This document shows, piece by piece, positions 25,254 to 34,478 of a stretch of 64,000 nt of DNA. Below the pieces are notes generated by a model. The model made no database searches. It was given only the letters and a program-made list of their open reading frames with translations, and was not told the origin of the DNA. Each line of letters begins with the position of its first letter. The first letter of the stretch is position 1. The translations under genes and the position numbers were made by a program. The stretch spans positions 531 to 64,530 of the forward strand of contig SKSF01000102.1 of assembly GCA_007118095.1 (NCBI GenBank). Direction: 5' to 3'. The stretch is from Dehalococcoidia bacterium. GTDB lineage: Bacteria; Chloroflexota; Dehalococcoidia; Tepidiformales; Tepidiformaceae.

Positions 25254-26491
25254 TCTGTGCGCTCCTGCGGGGTCGCGATCCTGAGCGTCTCTTCGGGGGC
25301 ACCGAGGAGTTGCCTGCGAGCCTGGACGCGGCTCTGCAGACCCCAGATGTTGATGAAACCTACAGCGGCGGACTGATCGTAAGCATCGTCTGCATCATAG
25401 GTCGCCAGCGCGTGTTCGTAGAGTGACTTCTCGGCATGGCGGCCGACGGGTGTCGCGCGGCCGCGGCCGACGCGCATGCGCACTGTGCCGGTCACGTGGC
25501 GCTGGGTGCTGGCGACGTAGGCGGCGATGTCCTGGTGATGGGCACTGAACCAGAGGCCGTTGTAGATGAGTTCGGCGTATTCCTCGGCGACGTGGCGCTT
25601 GAGCTTGACCTGTTGCTTCGACAGGGTCATCGCTTCGAGTGCTCGATGTGCCGCGAAGAGGATCATGGCGGCGGGCGCTTCGTAGACTTCGCGGCTCTTG
25701 ATGCCGACGAGCCGGTCCTCAATCAGGTCGATGCGGCCGACGCCGTGCTCGCCACCCAGCGCATTGAGCCGTTCGACCATGGTGACCGGGTCGAGCTCCT
25801 GGCCATCGATACTCACCGGCATGCCGTGCTCGAAACCGACCTCGATGTACTCGGGCTGCGCGGTCACGGTGTCCGGGTCCTGCGTCCACTCGAATGCCTC
25901 GGCTGGGGGTTCAACCCACGGGTCTTCGAGCACTCCAGCCTCGGCACTGCGGCCCCAGAGGTTCTCGTCGATACTAAACGGCCCCTTGTCGGTCCACGGG
26001 ATGTGGACGCCGTGCTGCGCCAGGTACTCCATCTGTGTTTCGCGCGCCATCGACTTTTCTCGCGTCGGCGCGACGATCTCGATTGAGGGGTCGAGGGTCT
26101 GGATGCCGATGTCGAAACGCACCTGGTCGTTGCCCTTGCCGGTACAGCCGTGGGCCACGGCGGTGGCGCCTTCTTCGTGCGCGACATCCACCAGCAGCTT
26201 TGCCATGAGCGGGCGCGCCAGCGCGGTGGCGAGTGGATAGCCGTCCTGGTAGAGCGCGCCAGCGGCGAGCGCCGGGAACGCGAAATAACGGAGGAAGTCT
26301 TCGCGCGCGTCGACGACACGGACTTTGACCGCGCCAGCGGCCATGCCGCGTTCCTCGAGCAGCGCCTGCTCACGGCTGGCGCCGACATCGATGTTCAGGG
26401 CGATGATCTCGTAGCCGCGTTCAACAGTGAGCCATTTGATGGCGGTGGTGGTGTCGAGCCCGCCTGAATACGCGAGAATGAGTTTCGGCAC
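25250..26491 (-). CDS. argG: Argininosuccinate synthase
   Basis: MPKLILAYSGGLDTTTAIKWL (AYSGGLDTS-type P-loop), GCTGKGNDQVRF, and the rest typical of ArgG. Confidence 0.96.
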   Translation of the reverse strand: MPKLILAYSGGLDTTTAIKWLTVERGYEIIALNIDVGASREQALLEERGMAAGAVKVRVVDAREDFLRYFAFPALAAGALYQDGYPLATALARPLMAKLLVDVAHEEGATAVAHGCTGKGNDQVRFDIGIQTLDPSIEIVAPTREKSMARETQMEYLAQHGVHIPWTDKGPFSIDENLWGRSAEAGVLEDPWVEPPAEAFEWTQDPDTVTAQPEYIEVGFEHGMPVSIDGQELDPVTMVERLNALGGEHGVGRIDLIEDRLVGIKSREVYEAPAAMILFAAHRALEAMTLSKQQVKLKRHVAEEYAELIYNGLWFSAHHQDIAAYVASTQRHVTGTVRMRVGRGRATPVGRHAEKSLYEHALATYDADDAYDQSAAVGFINIWGLQSRVQARRQLLGAPEETLRIATPQERTE

Positions 26492-26560
26492 GGAACCCCC
26501 GGTCAGCTTGTGGTGTACCTGCGTGTGAGTATGGACTGCACGGCGCGTGCGGGAAACTGG

Positions 26561-26917
26561 CTACTGGCCTTCGCGCCCCTGGGCATATCGCACGCCAGAA
26601 AGGGCCGCCTGAAGGACGGTGAAAATGAGGATCGTGGCCGAAGCGACGGTGACGATGATCCCCAGGGTCGCCGGGATGTCACCCATGATGCCGAAGGGCA
26701 GGAAGGCGAGGTTCACCGATGCGACGGCGATGCCGCCAAAGACCAGCACGGGGCCAGCGCCCCGGTGAACCTCATACCATCGCTCGTCGCTGGACAGGGT
26801 GTAGGGAAGCCGGATACCGAGCCAGCTCCCGGGTGGAAGCCGCCCGAGCAGGCCAAGGACACCAACCACCGCGATGAGAACGCTGACGAGGAAGAGCAGC
26901 AAGAACGATATGGCCAT
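26561..26917 (-). CDS. SdpI/YhfL-family small membrane protein
   Basis: 118 aa with about 4 TM segments. Signature-like LPPGSWLGIRLPYTLSSDERWYEVHRGAG. Confidence 0.6.
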   Translation of the reverse strand: MAISFLLLFLVSVLIAVVGVLGLLGRLPPGSWLGIRLPYTLSSDERWYEVHRGAGPVLVFGGIAVASVNLAFLPFGIMGDIPATLGIIVTVASATILIFTVLQAALSGVRYAQGREGQ

Positions 26918-26927
26918 GGGCTAGCGA

Positions 26928-28127
26928 CTAGCCGCCCCCTTCGGTTACCGCGGTTATTGCTTCGGCAAGGATATCGCAGGCACGGTCGATCTCCTGTTCC
27001 GAAACGGTGAGGGGAGGCATTAGCCGGACAGCGTTTGGGCGCACGTTGTTCACGAGGAGGCCCCGTTCGCGGCAGGCTGCGACCACCTGGGGCGCTACAT
27101 CGCTCGAAAGACCCAGCGCAACGAGGAGGCCGCGGCCACGTACGCCAGTGACGCCGGGCACGCTATCTTCCATGGCATTGAGCCGGGCGGCGAGCTGATT
27201 GCCGCGTTCGGCCGCGGTGGCGGGCAGGTTGTTGTCAATGATGTGGCGCATGGTGGCGATACCAGCCGCGCAGGCGAGCGGGTTCGCACCGAATGTGGTG
27301 CCGTGGTCGCCGGGGATCATGTGGCGTGCGAGGGCGTCGCTGGCCAGGACTGCGCCAATGGGCACGCCGCCCGCGAGGCCCTTCGCGATGCAGACGATAT
27401 CTGGCGAGACACCTTCCTGCTCGTAGGCGAAGAGCGTCCCGGTGCGGCCATTGCCGGTCTGGATCTCGTCGAGGATGAGGAGCAGGTTCTTCTCGCGGCA
27501 CCAGGCTTCGACAGCGGCGAGGTAGCCTTCGGAGGGCATGTTCACCCCGCCTTCGCCCTGGATGGGCTCGAGGAGGACAGCGACAGTCTTGTCCGTCGTG
27601 GCAGACTTGATGGCCTCGACGTCGTCCCATTGCACATGGGTAAACCCGGGGACCATCGGCTGGAAGGGCTCCTGGTAACGCTCGTTGCCGGTGGCAGCGA
27701 GGGAGCCCATGGTCCGGCCGTGAAAGCCATCGTGCGCGGCGATGATCTCGTATGCACCATCGCGTTCGTCGTGGCCCCAGCGGCGTGCCAGCTTGATTGC
27801 GCCTTCGATAGCCTCGGCGCCGGAGTTCACAAAGAGCACGCGGTCGAGCGTCGAGTTTTCGACCAGCAGCTTCGCCAGCTCCACCATCGGCTTCGTGTAG
27901 TAGAGGTTCGACATGTGGATGAGCGTGCGCGACTGTTCAGCCACAGCGTCGGCGACAACCTTCGGGGCGTGGCCGAGCACGTTGACCGCGAGCCCCCCAA
28001 CGAAGTCGAGGTACTCGTTGCCGCCGGTATCCCAGCAGCGCGTCCCTTCGCCACGTTCGATGACGATCGGCTGGCGGCCGTAGTTCTGGAAGAGGTAGCG
28101 CTGGTCGTCATCGATTATCGATTGCAT
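26928..28127 (-). CDS. argD: Acetylornithine aminotransferase (class III PLP aminotransferase)
   Basis: Start at the ATG at 28127 (MQSIIDDDQRYLFQNYGRQPIVIERGEG). Contains FVNSGAEAIEGAIKLAR, LILDEIQTGNGRTG and CIAKGLAGG (PLP Lys). Confidence 0.93.
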   Translation of the reverse strand: MQSIIDDDQRYLFQNYGRQPIVIERGEGTRCWDTGGNEYLDFVGGLAVNVLGHAPKVVADAVAEQSRTLIHMSNLYYTKPMVELAKLLVENSTLDRVLFVNSGAEAIEGAIKLARRWGHDERDGAYEIIAAHDGFHGRTMGSLAATGNERYQEPFQPMVPGFTHVQWDDVEAIKSATTDKTVAVLLEPIQGEGGVNMPSEGYLAAVEAWCREKNLLLILDEIQTGNGRTGTLFAYEQEGVSPDIVCIAKGLAGGVPIGAVLASDALARHMIPGDHGTTFGANPLACAAGIATMRHIIDNNLPATAAERGNQLAARLNAMEDSVPGVTGVRGRGLLVALGLSSDVAPQVVAACRERGLLVNNVRPNAVRLMPPLTVSEQEIDRACDILAEAITAVTEGGG

Positions 28128-28228
28128 GCGAGCTCCACGGGCAGAGTGTTTCGCCGCGCATCGTACGACCCTGGCGGCTGTGGGGAAACGGATGGGCGGT
28201 GCAGGTGCCGCTGGCTGCACCTGCCGGC

Positions 28229-28990
28229 CTAATCGAAGCGGGTACCGGTATCGAGCCCCGTCACCAGGATGTTGGGCTGCCGACCGTCGATGACCTGCGC
28301 CGGGACGCCCAAGTCGACAGCGTGCAGGCACGCTTCGATCTTGGGGATCATGCCGCCGGATGCAACGCCGTCGTCGATGAGCTTGCGCGCCTCGATGGCC
28401 GAGAGGTGAGGTATCACGCTACCGTCCGCGCCGTGGACCCCGTCGATATCGGTGAGGAACACGAGACGCTCCGCGCCGACTGCGGCGGCGATAGTGCCAG
28501 CGACGGTATCGGCATTCACATTCACGAGCTGATCCTGCGTTTCGCCGGGGACCACCCCAATCGAACTGATAACCGGGACGATACCAGCCTCGCGCAACGC
28601 CAGCACCGAGTCGGGGTTCGCCCGGACGGGTTCTCCGACGAAGCCCATTTCGGGCTCGCGTATTGCGCACTCAAGGAGGCGGCCATCGGCCCCGGAGAGG
28701 CCGACGGCGCGGCCGCCAGCGGCATTGATGGCGGTCACAATCCGCTTGTTCACCAGGCCGGCGAATACCGCTACGACCACCGGGAGCACGCGCTCATCGG
28801 TGACGCGACGGCCTTGCTCGAAGCGGGATTCGATGCCGAGCTGGTCGAGCCATTTCGTGGCCTCGGCGCCGCCCCCATGCACGACGATGGGGACTTCGCC
28901 CCGCACGCCCAGTGCCGCGATGTCCTGGAAACTGGTGTCTGACGAGCCGAGGGTGCTCCCGCCGATCTTTATGACTATCGGTTTGCTCAT
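28229..28990 (-). CDS. argB: Acetylglutamate kinase
   Basis: MSKPIVIKIGGSTLGS.., VVHGGG, GLVNKRIV. Amino-acid kinase fold. 4-nt overlap with argJ. Confidence 0.93.
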   Translation of the reverse strand: MSKPIVIKIGGSTLGSSDTSFQDIAALGVRGEVPIVVHGGGAEATKWLDQLGIESRFEQGRRVTDERVLPVVVAVFAGLVNKRIVTAINAAGGRAVGLSGADGRLLECAIREPEMGFVGEPVRANPDSVLALREAGIVPVISSIGVVPGETQDQLVNVNADTVAGTIAAAVGAERLVFLTDIDGVHGADGSVIPHLSAIEARKLIDDGVASGGMIPKIEACLHAVDLGVPAQVIDGRQPNILVTGLDTGTRFD

Positions 28991-30183
28991 GTGTGGTAGT
29001 CAGCATTGATGGAGACGTAGTCAGCGGTGAGGTCGCAGCCCCAACCGCGCGCCTCGCCGAGCCCAATCCCCAGGTCCACAGCGATCGTGACTTCGCTCGC
29101 CTCCATCGCTTTCGAAACCTGCGCCGGGTCGAACTCGGTCGGCTCTTCGTGTTCGAAGACGCGATAGCCGCAGAGGTCGACCGTCACCTTCTCGTCGATG
29201 AGTTCAACACCGGAGCGGCCGATGACGGAGATGATGCGGCCCCAGTTGGGGTCGGCTCCATGCACCGCGCTTTTGAGCAGGTACGACGTCGTCATGAGCC
29301 GGGCCAGCTTCCGCGCGTCGTCGGTGGATGCAGCGCCGCTGACGGACACATCGATCAGCTTTGTCGCGCCCTCACCGTCACGGGCGATTTCCCGTGCGAG
29401 GTAGACGCAGAGCGTTTCGAGCGCGTCGATGAAGGGGCCGGCCTGCGGGGAATCCGCGGTTATCGGTTCTCCGCCTGCGACACCGTTCGCCATGAGAAAG
29501 ACCGTGTCGCTCGGACTGGTGTCGCCGTCAATGGAGACCAGGTTGAAGGAGCGGTCGGACACTTCCGCGAGGGCACGCTGGAGAAAGCGCTGTTCGACGG
29601 GCGCGTCAGTCGTGAGGAAGGCGAGCATGGTCGCCATGTTGGGGTGGATCATCCCGGCGCCCTTGGCGCAGCCGCCAATCGTGTAGTTGCCGAAGCGGAT
29701 GGAGGCATGCTTGGGACGCGTGTCGGTGGTCATGATGGCCTGCGCGAACTCGCGGCCACCGTCCTCCTGCAAGTTCACCGAGAGAACGCCCTGCTCCATG
29801 AGATCCAGCGGCAGGAAGTGGCCGATGACGCCGGTGGAACAGATCAGGACATCGTCCTGGGGCACATCGAAGCGGCTGGCGACCCAGCCGGTGACCCGGC
29901 GGGCGTCGTTGAGGCCGCGCTCGCCGGTGCTGGCGTTGGCGATGCCAGCGTTGACGACGACCGCCTGGGCGCGCCCGTCGCGGAGATGCTCACGGTCGAT
30001 GTCGATGGATGCTGCGTGGAGGCGGCTTTTCGTGAAGACGGCGGCGGTTTCGCAGGGTTGATCGGAGTAGAGGATGCCGAGGTCGAGCTTGCCTTCGCCG
30101 TAGGTCTTCATGCCGGCATAGGTGGCGCCGGCATGGAACCCGCGGGAGCTGGTCGCCGTGCCGTTGGTATCGAGGTCAGCCAT
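28987..30183 (-). CDS. argJ: Bifunctional ornithine acetyltransferase / N-acetylglutamate synthase
   Basis: GFHAGATYAGMK, GVVGNANASTG-like block, autoprocessing site ATMLAFLTTDA. Confidence 0.94.
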   Translation of the reverse strand: MADLDTNGTATSSRGFHAGATYAGMKTYGEGKLDLGILYSDQPCETAAVFTKSRLHAASIDIDREHLRDGRAQAVVVNAGIANASTGERGLNDARRVTGWVASRFDVPQDDVLICSTGVIGHFLPLDLMEQGVLSVNLQEDGGREFAQAIMTTDTRPKHASIRFGNYTIGGCAKGAGMIHPNMATMLAFLTTDAPVEQRFLQRALAEVSDRSFNLVSIDGDTSPSDTVFLMANGVAGGEPITADSPQAGPFIDALETLCVYLAREIARDGEGATKLIDVSVSGAASTDDARKLARLMTTSYLLKSAVHGADPNWGRIISVIGRSGVELIDEKVTVDLCGYRVFEHEEPTEFDPAQVSKAMEASEVTIAVDLGIGLGEARGWGCDLTADYVSINADYHT

Positions 30184-31208
30184 CAGGGGAACACCGCCGG
30201 GAGGTTGAGCCCGTCATCCTGGGGGAGACCGAGCATGAGGTTCATGTTTTCGATTGCCTGGCCCGCCGCGCCCTTCACCAGGTTATCGAGCACGCCGGTA
30301 GCGACGAGCATGCCGTTCCGCGCATCGATGACCGGGTGGACCAGGCACATGTTGTTGCCGGCCGTGTGCTTCGTGTGCGGCGGCGCATCGACGACCGCGG
30401 TAAATGGCGCATCGCCATAGAACTCGCGGTAGAGCGCGAAAATCTCGTCGCGGGAAACATCGCGCCGCAGCGGCGCGTAGCAGGTGGCATGGATGCCCCG
30501 GGTCATGGGCACGAGGTGCGGGACGAAGGTGACGCGTGGCTGCGGCCCTTCGCGGAGCGCACCCAACTCCTGTGCGATCTCGGGCTGGTGGTTGTGCGCG
30601 GCGATCTTGTACGCGGAGACGTCTTCGTTCACGTCCGCGTAGCTGAAGCCGCCACCACTCCCTCGTCCGGCGCCGGAAATGCCGGACTTCGCATCCACGA
30701 TGACCGTGTCTTCGACCAGGCCATCGGCAATGGCGGGCGCGAGTGCGAGCACCGACGTCGCCGGGTAGCAGCCGGGGTTTGCGACCAGCTTTGTCTTCTT
30801 GATGCGGTCGCGATTGAGCTCGGGGAGGCCATAGACGGCCTGGTCGAGCAGGGCAGGCGCCGGGTGCGGCCGGCCAAACCACTCTTCAAAGGCAGCCGGG
30901 TCGCGGAGCCGGAAGTCGGCGGCGATATCGATGACCGGGACGCCCTGTTTGACCCAGGGTTCGCATGCCTCGGCGCTCTCGGCGGTCGGGAGCGCCGACA
31001 TGACGATATCGACTTCTTCTTCGATCGACTCGCCGATGACCAGGTCACGATAGACCGCCAGGTGCGGAAACGCCTCGCCGAGCTTCTTGCCCGCGAGCGA
31101 GCGGCCGGTCGCCGCCGCCAGGTGCGCGTTCGGGTGGTTCCAGAGGAGGCGTGCGGCCTCCATACCGGCGAAGCCGGTGACATTGATGATGCCGACGCGA
31201 TAAGTCAC
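30183..31208 (-). CDS. argC: N-acetyl-gamma-glutamyl-phosphate reductase
   Basis: VGIINVTGFAGMEAARLL.NHP, active-site region LVANPGCYPTS, GISGAGR. Start placed at the GTG at 31208. The longer track ORF (to 31421) would overlap the divergent gene. The stop overlaps the argJ ATG (TGATG). Confidence 0.9.
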   Translation of the reverse strand: MTYRVGIINVTGFAGMEAARLLWNHPNAHLAAATGRSLAGKKLGEAFPHLAVYRDLVIGESIEEEVDIVMSALPTAESAEACEPWVKQGVPVIDIAADFRLRDPAAFEEWFGRPHPAPALLDQAVYGLPELNRDRIKKTKLVANPGCYPATSVLALAPAIADGLVEDTVIVDAKSGISGAGRGSGGGFSYADVNEDVSAYKIAAHNHQPEIAQELGALREGPQPRVTFVPHLVPMTRGIHATCYAPLRRDVSRDEIFALYREFYGDAPFTAVVDAPPHTKHTAGNNMCLVHPVIDARNGMLVATGVLDNLVKGAAGQAIENMNLMLGLPQDDGLNLPAVFP

Positions 31209-31290
31209 CGGGCCATTGTGACGGGGACGCGGCCAGCAATCCACCGTCCTGGTTCGCCGCTGGCCAATCTCGTCATGTACATTTGCGGAC

Positions 31291-32022
31291 ATGCAACCTT
31301 TGGAGCTCGGATTCGTCGGCACAGGAAACGCGTTCGCGCCCGAGGGGTTGTGCTGGAACGGGTTCGTGGCCGGTGGCCGGTACCTGTTCGAAGCACCGCC
31401 GAGCGGACTCATGGCGCTCAACCGGCTGGGTGTTGACCCGAATGCGCTTGAGGCGGTGATCCTGAGCCACCATCATGGCGACCACTTCCTGGGGTTGCCG
31501 TCGCTTCTGCTGCACTGGAAGTACCAGGGTCGCGAGCGGCCGATTACCATCGTCGGCCCACCCAGGACGATGCACCTCGCACAAACCATCGGCGAAGCGG
31601 TCTATCCCGGACTGTTCGAAGGAAACTACGAGATTCAGTGGCACGAAGCCGAGCCAGGGAAGAGCCTGCAGGTCGGCGAACTGCTGATTGAACCCGTCGA
31701 GGTGGAACACGATAGCCGCCTGTCATTGAACCTGGGATACCAGTGCGAGCTGCGCGGGCGGCGGTTTGCGTACACCGGCGACACGGCGATGTGTGACGCA
31801 GTGCTCGACCTTGCGCGCGCGAGCGAGGTGTTGGTGAGCGAATGCGCCTCTCGGGATGCGCACATCCCGATCCACATGAACCTGGTGGACGACATCCCGA
31901 AGGTGCGGGAGGCAATGAAGGGGGACGCGACGCTGATCCTGACGCACCTCACGCCCGATGTGGACGACAACGGGTTCGCGAACACGATCGTGGCATCGGA
32001 CCTGGAGACGTACCGGTTCTGA
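31291..32022 (+). CDS. MBL-fold metallo-hydrolase (RNase Z-like)
   Basis: LSHHHGDHFLGLP (HxHxDH) and downstream His/Asp ligands. Confidence 0.85.
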   Translation: MQPLELGFVGTGNAFAPEGLCWNGFVAGGRYLFEAPPSGLMALNRLGVDPNALEAVILSHHHGDHFLGLPSLLLHWKYQGRERPITIVGPPRTMHLAQTIGEAVYPGLFEGNYEIQWHEAEPGKSLQVGELLIEPVEVEHDSRLSLNLGYQCELRGRRFAYTGDTAMCDAVLDLARASEVLVSECASRDAHIPIHMNLVDDIPKVREAMKGDATLILTHLTPDVDDNGFANTIVASDLETYRF

Positions 32023-32093
32023 GTGCTTGACGACGCCCTACCACAGTAAAGAACGGGCCCCTAGAATCGGGCGCACGACCTGGAGGACAGAAC

Positions 32094-33281
32094 ATGGCTC
32101 ACCCCTTGCGCGGTTCGGCGGCCATCACCGGGCTCGGCATGACGCCGATGGGCCGCATCTACAAGAGCGCGAATGAACTTGCCGCCGACGCAGTCCGCGA
32201 CGCTATCGCGGATGCGGGGCTCGGCAAGGAAGAAATTGACGGCTTGCTGATCAACCCGGGCATCACCGGGTTCACCGGCGGCGGCATCGGCCTTGGGCTG
32301 CAGAACTACCTGGGTATGACGAATCTGCGCCTCATGAACCACATGAACGGCGCCGGTTCGACGGCGGCGCAAATGGTGCAGTACGCAACGATGGCCATCA
32401 ACGCGGGCATGGCGACACACGTCGTCTGCGTCTTCGCCGACACCCCCTTGCAAGATGGCAGCCGGAGCGGCGCCGCATATGGCGGCGCGAACCGGCTCCC
32501 GCCGCGGCCCAAGGGCATGTCCGGGCTGGCGCCCGCGGCCGGCTTCTTCGGTCCGAACACGCAATACGCGTTGGCCGCGAGCCGGCACATGTCGATGTAC
32601 GGCACCACACACGACCAGCTCGGCACGATTGCTGTCGGGCAGCGGGCATGGGCCGGGAAGAACCCGCATGCGCAGAAGCAAGACCCCATCACGCTCGAGG
32701 ACTACCACAACTCGCGGTGGATCGTTGAGCCGCTGCACCTGCTGGACTGCTGCCTTGTCTCCAACGGCGCGGTGGCGGTGGTCGTGAGCCCAGCCGAACA
32801 GGCGAAGGATATGCCGCAGCCGCCGGTGTATGTGCTTGGTATGGGCCAGGGTCACCCCGGGGACCGCGGCAAGGCCGGGTCTGACTGGGAAACTGAGACC
32901 GGCGCGAAGATCGCTGCGAAGACCGTCTTTTCGATGGCAGGTGTTGGCCCGGGCGACGTGACGCAGACCCAGCTCTATGACTGCTACACCTATACGGTGC
33001 TCGTGACGCTCGAGGACTACGGGTTCTGCAAGAAGGGCGAAGGTGGCCCATTTGTGGAAGACGGCAAGCTCGGACCGGGCGGCAGCCTCCCGACGAACAC
33101 CGGGGGTGGCGAACTCTCCGGGTATTACATGTGGGGTATGACTCCATTGAGCGAGGCGGTCATCCAGGGCCGGGGGCACGGCGGCGAGCGCCAGGCGAAC
33201 AACGATGTCATCCTGTGCACCGGCAACGGCGGTGCGCTGTCATATCACGCGGCGCTCGTCCTGAGCCCGCACCGGAATTAA
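32094..33281 (+). CDS. Thiolase-fold protein (SCP-x / nonspecific lipid-transfer type)
   Basis: AAITGLGMTPMGR..ANELAADAVRDAIADAGL, the C-terminal NTGGGELSG block and overall thiolase-like layout. Confidence 0.8.
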   Translation: MAHPLRGSAAITGLGMTPMGRIYKSANELAADAVRDAIADAGLGKEEIDGLLINPGITGFTGGGIGLGLQNYLGMTNLRLMNHMNGAGSTAAQMVQYATMAINAGMATHVVCVFADTPLQDGSRSGAAYGGANRLPPRPKGMSGLAPAAGFFGPNTQYALAASRHMSMYGTTHDQLGTIAVGQRAWAGKNPHAQKQDPITLEDYHNSRWIVEPLHLLDCCLVSNGAVAVVVSPAEQAKDMPQPPVYVLGMGQGHPGDRGKAGSDWETETGAKIAAKTVFSMAGVGPGDVTQTQLYDCYTYTVLVTLEDYGFCKKGEGGPFVEDGKLGPGGSLPTNTGGGELSGYYMWGMTPLSEAVIQGRGHGGERQANNDVILCTGNGGALSYHAALVLSPHRN

Positions 33282-33283
33282 CC

Positions 33284-33697
33284 ATGAGCGAAACGACCGA
33301 AGTACCGAAGCCGATCCCGGAGCCCGACGACGAGTCCAGGCCCTTCTGGGAAGGGACGCTGGAGGGCAAGCTGCTGCTTATGAAATGCAGTGACTGCGGC
33401 GAGTTCCGGATCCCATCGCGCCAGCACTGTGACAACTGCCTTTCGGACAACTACACGTGGGCCGAGTCGAGCGGCCGCGGGGTTGTCCGCTCGCTGGGGG
33501 TGATGCACCAGAAGTATCACCCGGCGTTCGAGCCTGAGATCCCCTATACGCTCGCTATGGTGGAGCTCGAAGAAGGCCCGCGAATGCCGACGAACATCGT
33601 TGAATTGAACGGCCGCGAGGTGCAGGTGGGCATGCCTGTCGAGGTAACGTGGGAGCGCCACGAAGACGTGGCGGTGCCGAAATTCCGGCCGCGTTAA
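33284..33697 (+). CDS. Zn-ribbon / OB-fold protein (DUF35 family), usual partner of SCP-x-type thiolases
   Basis: FWEGTLEGKLLLMKCSDCGEFRIPSRQHCDNCLS (rubredoxin-like CxxC..CxxC) followed by an OB-fold segment. The ATG lies 3 nt after the thiolase stop. Confidence 0.8.
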   Translation: MSETTEVPKPIPEPDDESRPFWEGTLEGKLLLMKCSDCGEFRIPSRQHCDNCLSDNYTWAESSGRGVVRSLGVMHQKYHPAFEPEIPYTLAMVELEEGPRMPTNIVELNGREVQVGMPVEVTWERHEDVAVPKFRPR

Positions 33698-33780
33698 CGC
33701 TGCGCCAAGTTTATGTCGTATTCACACCTTGACACTTGACATCTGGTTATACATTCCGAGGCGGGGACATCGGAGGCCTC

Positions 33781-34176
33781 ATGGAGCAAAGCCGGTTTAG
33801 CCTCGTACTCTGGGCCACGGACATCCCGGCGCTGGCCCATTTTCTTGCCGAAGCGGCCGGGATGGAGCTGGAGGACCAGCATCCCGGCTACGCAATCCTG
33901 AGCGCAGACGGGTTCTGGGTGATGGTGCACGGGGACGAATCGTACCGTGGCCACCCCTGGTATGACGCGCTCCAACAGGAAGGACTCGCGCGCGGCGTTG
34001 GCGCGGAACTGCGGGTCCGTGTGACCGACGTTGCGGCTGCCTACCGGCGTGCGCTGCGCTTGGGGGCGATTACCATGTATGCGCCGTTCCAGGACGAGGG
34101 CTTCATGGAATGCCAGGTGCTGGGTCCGGACGGGTACCTCTTCTCGCTGTGGGCGCCGAGCGCCAAGAATAGGTGA
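33781..34176 (+). CDS. VOC (glyoxalase/bleomycin-resistance) family protein
   Basis: Start at the ATG at 33781 after GGAGG. Beta-alpha-beta-beta-beta-type pattern with the C-terminal ECQVLGPDGYLFSLW typical of VOC proteins. Confidence 0.65.
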   Translation: MEQSRFSLVLWATDIPALAHFLAEAAGMELEDQHPGYAILSADGFWVMVHGDESYRGHPWYDALQQEGLARGVGAELRVRVTDVAAAYRRALRLGAITMYAPFQDEGFMECQVLGPDGYLFSLWAPSAKNR

Positions 34177-34478
34177 CATCGAAGTTCACATTACGTTGCC
34201 GTCGTAACAGACCGTGAGCGCCGCGCTTGTGAATCTTGGCACAAGACCTTTTCAAACGAGGTGTGCCAATGGATGCACAAACCAACGGCCGGCGGCTCGA
34301 GGGACTTGCCAAGGAACCAACGCTTGAGCAGCATCAGCGCGCCGAGGCGAACCACCAGGAAGAACCCCGCGACGAGGATCCCGGATACGTCCACCCGCTT
34401 GACCGGCAGGAAGCGAAGCTCCTCCGGGCGCAGCGAGAGGCCGACATGGCAAGCGGGTTCCGGCTTATCTAACCGGAT

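Noticed and set aside
31209-31421. Longer argC start (ATG at 31292 or the track's 31421)
   Set aside because: Both would overlap the divergent MBL-hydrolase start at 31291 and add an N-terminal extension not seen in ArgC. The conserved VGIINVTGFAG NAD-binding start begins right after the GTG at 31208.
33698-33780. Duplicated TTGACA hexamers (ccTTGACAcTTGACAtctggttatacatt) as a sigma-70 promoter for the VOC gene
   Set aside because: Neither TTGACA is spaced 16-18 nt from a credible -10 hexamer (TATACA is 13 or 6 nt away). The region is AT-rich and may still hold a promoter, but I cannot support a specific call.
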